A program made the position numbers and the translations under genes. A stretch of 64,000 nucleotides of DNA. Source: a virus. Location of the stretch: positions 46,832 to 110,831 of the IMG/VR virus record IMGVR_UViG_3300037840_000148. One strand, 5' to 3'. How positions within the stretch are numbered: the first letter of the stretch is position 1; every line of letters starts with the position of its first letter. This document shows, one piece after another, positions 60,892 through 64,000 of this stretch. The notes below the pieces were generated by a model. It made no database searches, was not told where the DNA came from, and was given only the letters and a program-made list of their open reading frames with translations.

Positions 60892-60967
60892 GATCCTGTC
60901 GTCCAAATGAATAGGGCTTCAGTCTTCGAAACTGATTATCTCGGTTTGAGTCCGAGCAGGATCTCCA
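60892..60967 (+). tRNA. tRNA-Arg(TCG)
   Basis: CTTCGAA loop, CCA. Confidence 0.85.
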
Positions 60968-61030
60968 ATTTTATGTAATGCGATGCGTTGGTCCTAAGTG
61001 TGGTTGACAGGGACATCTGGCCCGGCATTA

Positions 61031-61071
61031 ACGCCTGACGAGACGAAAGTCGAAACGGGAAACCGTAGCGT
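61031..61071 (+). ncRNA. type I hammerhead ribozyme
   Basis: acgc-CTGACGA-gac(GAAA)gtc-GAAA-cgg(GAAA)ccg-TA-gcgt; full core, GUA cleavage triplet. Confidence 0.88.
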
Positions 61072-61131
61072 GGAGTCGCCCCTGCCGGGGAATAAATGGC
61101 GACCTATAGACCACACACTTTTTATTTTAAT

Positions 61132-61206
61132 ACGCGACTGGCAGATCGTTACATGCAACGGCCCTACACGCCGTCCAGCGAGGTTAGACTCCTCGGTTGC
61201 GTACCA
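61132..61206 (+). tRNA. tRNA-Val(TAC)
   Basis: acggc-CCTACAC-gccgt, CCA. Confidence 0.75.
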
Positions 61207-61296
61207 TCTTGATTAGAGTGGACACCGCGGTGCCGCGCTCTGTAATGTCCGAGGTTTGGTGAACTTAACCTCGTAAAAATAATCACCAGACTTTGA

Positions 61297-61386
61297 TGTC
61301 GGCAGCATTAGATGCAGCGCGGTCTTATAAGCCGCGAAACACCCGATAAGTGTGCCGAGATGGGGCAGAACCATCGCCGACAACCA
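61297..61386 (+). tRNA. tRNA-Ile(TAT)-like, long variable arm
   Basis: gcggt-CTTATAA-gccgc, 7-bp acceptor stem, CCA; atypical D and T loops. Confidence 0.6.
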
Positions 61387-61466
61387 ATTTGCAGGCGCTT
61401 GCGCCGCAACGATGCGTAACATGACAAAGGGCGATTACCAGTCATGGGTAGATCGCTCGACATTTT

Positions 61467-61540
61467 AGCCTGTTAGTGCAATGGCAGCACACTAGACTTT
61501 CAATCTAGTAGCGCGGGTCCGATTCCCGCACGGGCGACCA
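61467..61540 (+). tRNA. tRNA-Glu(TTC)
   Basis: CTTTCAA loop, CCA. Confidence 0.82.
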
Positions 61541-61544
61541 TATT

Positions 61545-61621
61545 CGGCGGGTAGCTCAATTGAAAAGAGCAATCCTCTTCTAAAGGAAAGATTGTGGGTT
61601 TGAGTCCCACCCTGTCGACCA
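61545..61621 (+). tRNA. tRNA-Arg(TCT)
   Basis: CTTCTAA loop, CCA. Confidence 0.85.
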
Positions 61622-61630
61622 TTTTAGTTT

Positions 61631-61973
61631 TGGTAGTCTAGGCAATCGCGGCGGATGGTATGCTGAATCCTGATTGATAATCAGGTAGGGAAACCGAAGC
61701 AAAGAGTCCCGTCGAGGAAAGTCAGGACTCACGAGTCACGACACGGTGGAAGCTGCCGGGTGAGTAATCACACGAGTAAGGCTTTGTATATGTTATTTTA
61801 TATCAAACTAAAGATCTGATATAAATTAACATATCATTCAAGCGAAGTAACTCTCTGTCGGAGCAACTTCAAGTAGGCCGAGAGCCAGACTCAGGCGATG
61901 ACCGGCGGGTGAAGGCATAGACGAATGATTGCCGCGGCGCAAGCCGAACCGAATCCTGCTTATCAGACCGCCA
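61631..61973 (+). ncRNA. rnpB: RNase P RNA
   Basis: CR-I GAGGAAAGTCAGG pairs with CR-V ACCGAATCCTGCTTA; P1 and P2 (gcaatc/gattgc) present; GAGCAA and TAGACGAATGA motifs. Confidence 0.88.
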
Positions 61974-61984
61974 TTAAATTTTAT

Positions 61985-62060
61985 TGTCGAGTAGCTCAAA
62001 TGGACAGAGCGCTAATTTCCTAAATTAGTAATTCGGGTTCGACCCCCGACTTGACAACCA
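61985..62060 (+). tRNA. tRNA-Arg(CCT)
   Basis: TTCCTAA loop, CCA. Confidence 0.88.
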
Positions 62061-62065
62061 TTTTC

Positions 62066-62153
62066 GGATAGTTCGTATAGCGCCAATTACTGCTGGCTGT
62101 AAACCAGCCGCTCCATGTGAGCTTCCAAGGTTGGAGTCCTTGACTATCCACCA
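62066..62153 (+). tRNA. tRNA-Tyr(GTA)
   Basis: CTGTAAA loop, long variable arm, CCA. Confidence 0.85.
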
Positions 62154-62167
62154 TTTTAATTTTCAAT

Positions 62168-62243
62168 TGTCATCTGGTCTAATCGGCAAGATGGGGCACT
62201 GTTAATGCCTAAGATCTCGGTTCGAATCCGAGGGTGACAGCCA
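62168..62243 (+). tRNA. tRNA-Asn(GTT)
   Basis: CTGTTAA loop, G73, CCA. Confidence 0.88.
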
Positions 62244-62251
62244 ATTTCAAC

Positions 62252-62329
62252 GAGGGTGTCGCGTAGAGGCCAATCGCACTGTCCTGTCACGACAGACTAT
62301 CGTGGGTTCGACTCCCATCACTCTCGCCA
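62252..62329 (+). tRNA. tRNA-Asp(GTC)
   Basis: CTGTCAC loop, G73, CCA. Confidence 0.9.
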
Positions 62330-62336
62330 TTTCAAA

Positions 62337-62413
62337 CTACTCGATGCCGAAGTGGCCGAGGCGGAAGTTTGCAAAACTTCTCTTAGGGAGTTCAAGCCTC
62401 CCCGGGTAGTCCA
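62337..62413 (+). tRNA. tRNA-Cys(GCA)
   Basis: TTGCAAA loop, U73, CCA. Confidence 0.85.
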
Positions 62414-62414
62414 A

Positions 62415-62488
62415 GGCTTTGTCATCTAATGACAGGATACGCGGTTCTCATCCGCGGCATACGGGTTTGATCCCCGTCAGAGCCCCCA
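62415..62488 (+). tRNA. tRNA-Glu(CTC)
   Basis: cgcgg-TTCTCAT-ccgcg, CCA. Confidence 0.78.
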
Positions 62489-62493
62489 ATTTT

Positions 62494-62553
62494 TGTACGT
62501 ACAATTAGATGGGACGTGCCAGATACACGTCCCGTCAACTCTTATCTGGAGAG
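62494..62553 (+). promoter_or_regulatory. TGTACGTACA plus kissing-loop leader, copy 3
   Basis: loops CCAGATA and TATCTGG; second stem CTCT/AGAG. Confidence 0.8.
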
Positions 62554-62557
62554 CAAA

Positions 62558-62980
62558 ATGAAGATATGTATTAAGTGTGGAAAAGAGGGTGAGTTTTTTA
62601 TACGTTCCGATAACGGAAAAGAATATTCTCGTTGTAAGAAATGTACCACTTTGTATAATAAAAATTATCACGCTAAAAATCTTTTACAAGAAAGAGAACG
62701 TAGTCGACTTAAACATTATAAACAAAAATACGGAATAACTTGGGAAGATAAGATCCGTATGTACGAAGAATAGAAAGGAGTTTGTGCTTGTTGTTTTAAG
62801 ATATTACCTCCTGTGACGGATGTAGAAGTTTGTGTAGATCATGATCATGAAGCTAAAAAAGTTCGGGCTTTAGTACACCGCGATTGCAATTGGTTGATAG
62901 GTTGGATAGAAAATCATCCTGAGTTGGTGCAACCAGCCCTTAATTATGTTGATAGATTTAAAAATATGAGAGTCGTTTAA
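62558..62980 (+). pseudogene. endonuclease VII-family gene interrupted by an in-frame TAG (62771-62773)
   Basis: YGIT...MYEE*KGVCACC...VDHDH..KKVRALVHRDCN continues in frame. Confidence 0.8.
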
Positions 62981-63040
62981 CGGCTAGGACTGCGGTCTCC
63001 AAAACCGCGTATGGTGGTTCGATTCCATCCTCTCATGCCA
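62966..63040 (+). tRNA. tRNA-Trp(CCA)
   Basis: CTCCAAA loop, G73, CCA. Confidence 0.9.
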
Positions 63041-63104
63041 TCTTGATCCTTGATTCAATTGGGGAAAAATCGTAGGTAGGTTGAAACCCCTACCCCAAGT
63101 TTAC

Positions 63105-63194
63105 GGTTGATTGGCAGAGAGGCTGATCGCAGAACTTTGCTAAAGTTCCATACTCGAAAGGGTATCGTAGGTTCAAATCCTACATCAACCGCCA
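63105..63194 (+). tRNA. tRNA-Ser(GCT)
   Basis: TTGCTAA loop, long variable arm, G73, CCA. Confidence 0.9.
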
Positions 63195-63209
63195 TTTTAA
63201 GAGGTCACA

Positions 63210-64000
63210 TTGACCGCAAGTCTTACGTCCCAAAACGCCTGGTTGTCCAAGGTGGGCGAAGACTTTTTACAACTCAGTACGGTAGGCATCCCTAGTCCAG
63301 TTTTCTGGATCGATAGTACAGGCGCGATTCACTCAGCCAGTACCGCTGGACCAGCAACGTTCCCGTTGATTTATGCCGGGAATGTCACACCGAATAATGG
63401 CGACTCGATAACAGGGATTGTTGTTGATGGCGCAACAACACAGTTTGCGTTAGATCAAGTTGGGATTTCGCTGACAAGTGTCTGGGCACCGAATAACGCC
63501 TCGCCCCCGACGCCGTATCATTTCGGATACGACAGTTTAATTTATTCCGGACTGGGCGCAGGTAATACAGTTTCGTCTTTGACGTTAGCAGCAACTGGCG
63601 TCTTCTCCGCTAATTGGGGATTGACGGCCGCGGCAGGTCAGACAGTCAGTCAAGCTGACGGCGTAGGTTTCATCGCAAACGTCCCGTTATTCGCAGGCGC
63701 AGGCACGATGAGCATGACCCGCAATAGCGGGTTCTGGGCAGCAAATCAAGGCAACGCGAATATCGCGACGAGTTATGGTCTAAGGGTAGACGCGCAATCC
63801 GGCAGTACGACGAATTATGCCATCGCGACTCTAGGAACCGGTTTAGTTAAGTTTAGTGATACTCTTCAAACATCCGGTGTCCAGAATAAAATAGCTGCTA
63901 AGACTGGTAGTTATGTATTGACTTTGAATGACGAAGTCGTTTTTGCGGATTGCACAACAGGAAGTTATACTTTTACTTTACCTTCCGCCGCTTCGGCGTT
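63210..64000 (+). CDS. Gly/Thr/Ser-rich putative virion structural protein, truncated by window end
   Basis: GAGGT SD plus TTG start; open to window end; ends ...KTGSYVLTLNDEVVFADCTTGSYTFTLPSAA, a tail-fibre-like repeat. Confidence 0.7.
   Translation, partial: MTASLTSQNAWLSKVGEDFLQLSTVGIPSPVFWIDSTGAIHSASTAGPATFPLIYAGNVTPNNGDSITGIVVDGATTQFALDQVGISLTSVWAPNNASPPTPYHFGYDSLIYSGLGAGNTVSSLTLAATGVFSANWGLTAAAGQTVSQADGVGFIANVPLFAGAGTMSMTRNSGFWAANQGNANIATSYGLRVDAQSGSTTNYAIATLGTGLVKFSDTLQTSGVQNKIAAKTGSYVLTLNDEVVFADCTTGSYTFTLPSAASA

Noticed and set aside
60973-61016. Twister-like ribozyme (TAATG...GTCCTAAG...AGGG)
   Set aside because: P1 and the pseudoknot-like words are present, but P2 and P4 cannot be formed convincingly.
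58890-61422. ORF-track ORFs over the tRNA array (58890, 59100, 59612, 60270, 60331, 60730, 60998, 61213)
   Set aside because: They overlap clear tRNA or ribozyme genes and are incidental frames.
1-64000. Genome-wide TAG-to-Gln recoding
   Set aside because: Long genes are intact in the standard code and several end in TAG (e.g. 10327, 46379, 57210). Only one internal TAG was found and no suppressor tRNA is visible.

Overview
This window is a 64-kb segment of a large tailed-phage (Caudoviricetes-like) genome; the host may be Acidobacteriota, inferred from the stand-alone ClpB-D2-like ATPase. Bases 1-53.0 kb are almost all minus-strand genes. They include a tyrosine integrase, an AAA ATPase, SLT and GH108 muralytic enzymes, phosphoesterases, and a glycan cluster (gmd, fcl, GT11 fusion, GT6, GT31-like, two GT2). 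They also include replication and nucleotide genes (intein-bearing UvrD helicase and class II RNR, family-A DNA polymerase, ThyX, prim-pol, SSB, dNMP kinase), GroES, several free-standing HNH/EndoVII nucleases, and many small early genes behind sigma70-type promoters. A ~1.2-kb non-coding strand switch (53.1-54.3 kb) follows. The plus strand then carries a GIY-YIG nuclease, a Clp-type ATPase and a dense RNA island: about 30 CCA-ended tRNAs, an RNase P RNA, a hammerhead ribozyme, a circularly permuted tRNA-like RNA and several orphan structured RNAs. Best candidates for something new: (i) a TGTACGTACA palindrome plus a covarying kissing-loop leader that hides the Shine-Dalgarno of three unrelated nucleases; (ii) an ABO-blood-group-like glycan pathway in which two transferases share a C-terminal tag; (iii) a GGTGTGGCA-N8-TACnnT promoter-like class next to a sigma-region-4-like gene. 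All calls were made by eye from motifs; no searches were run.
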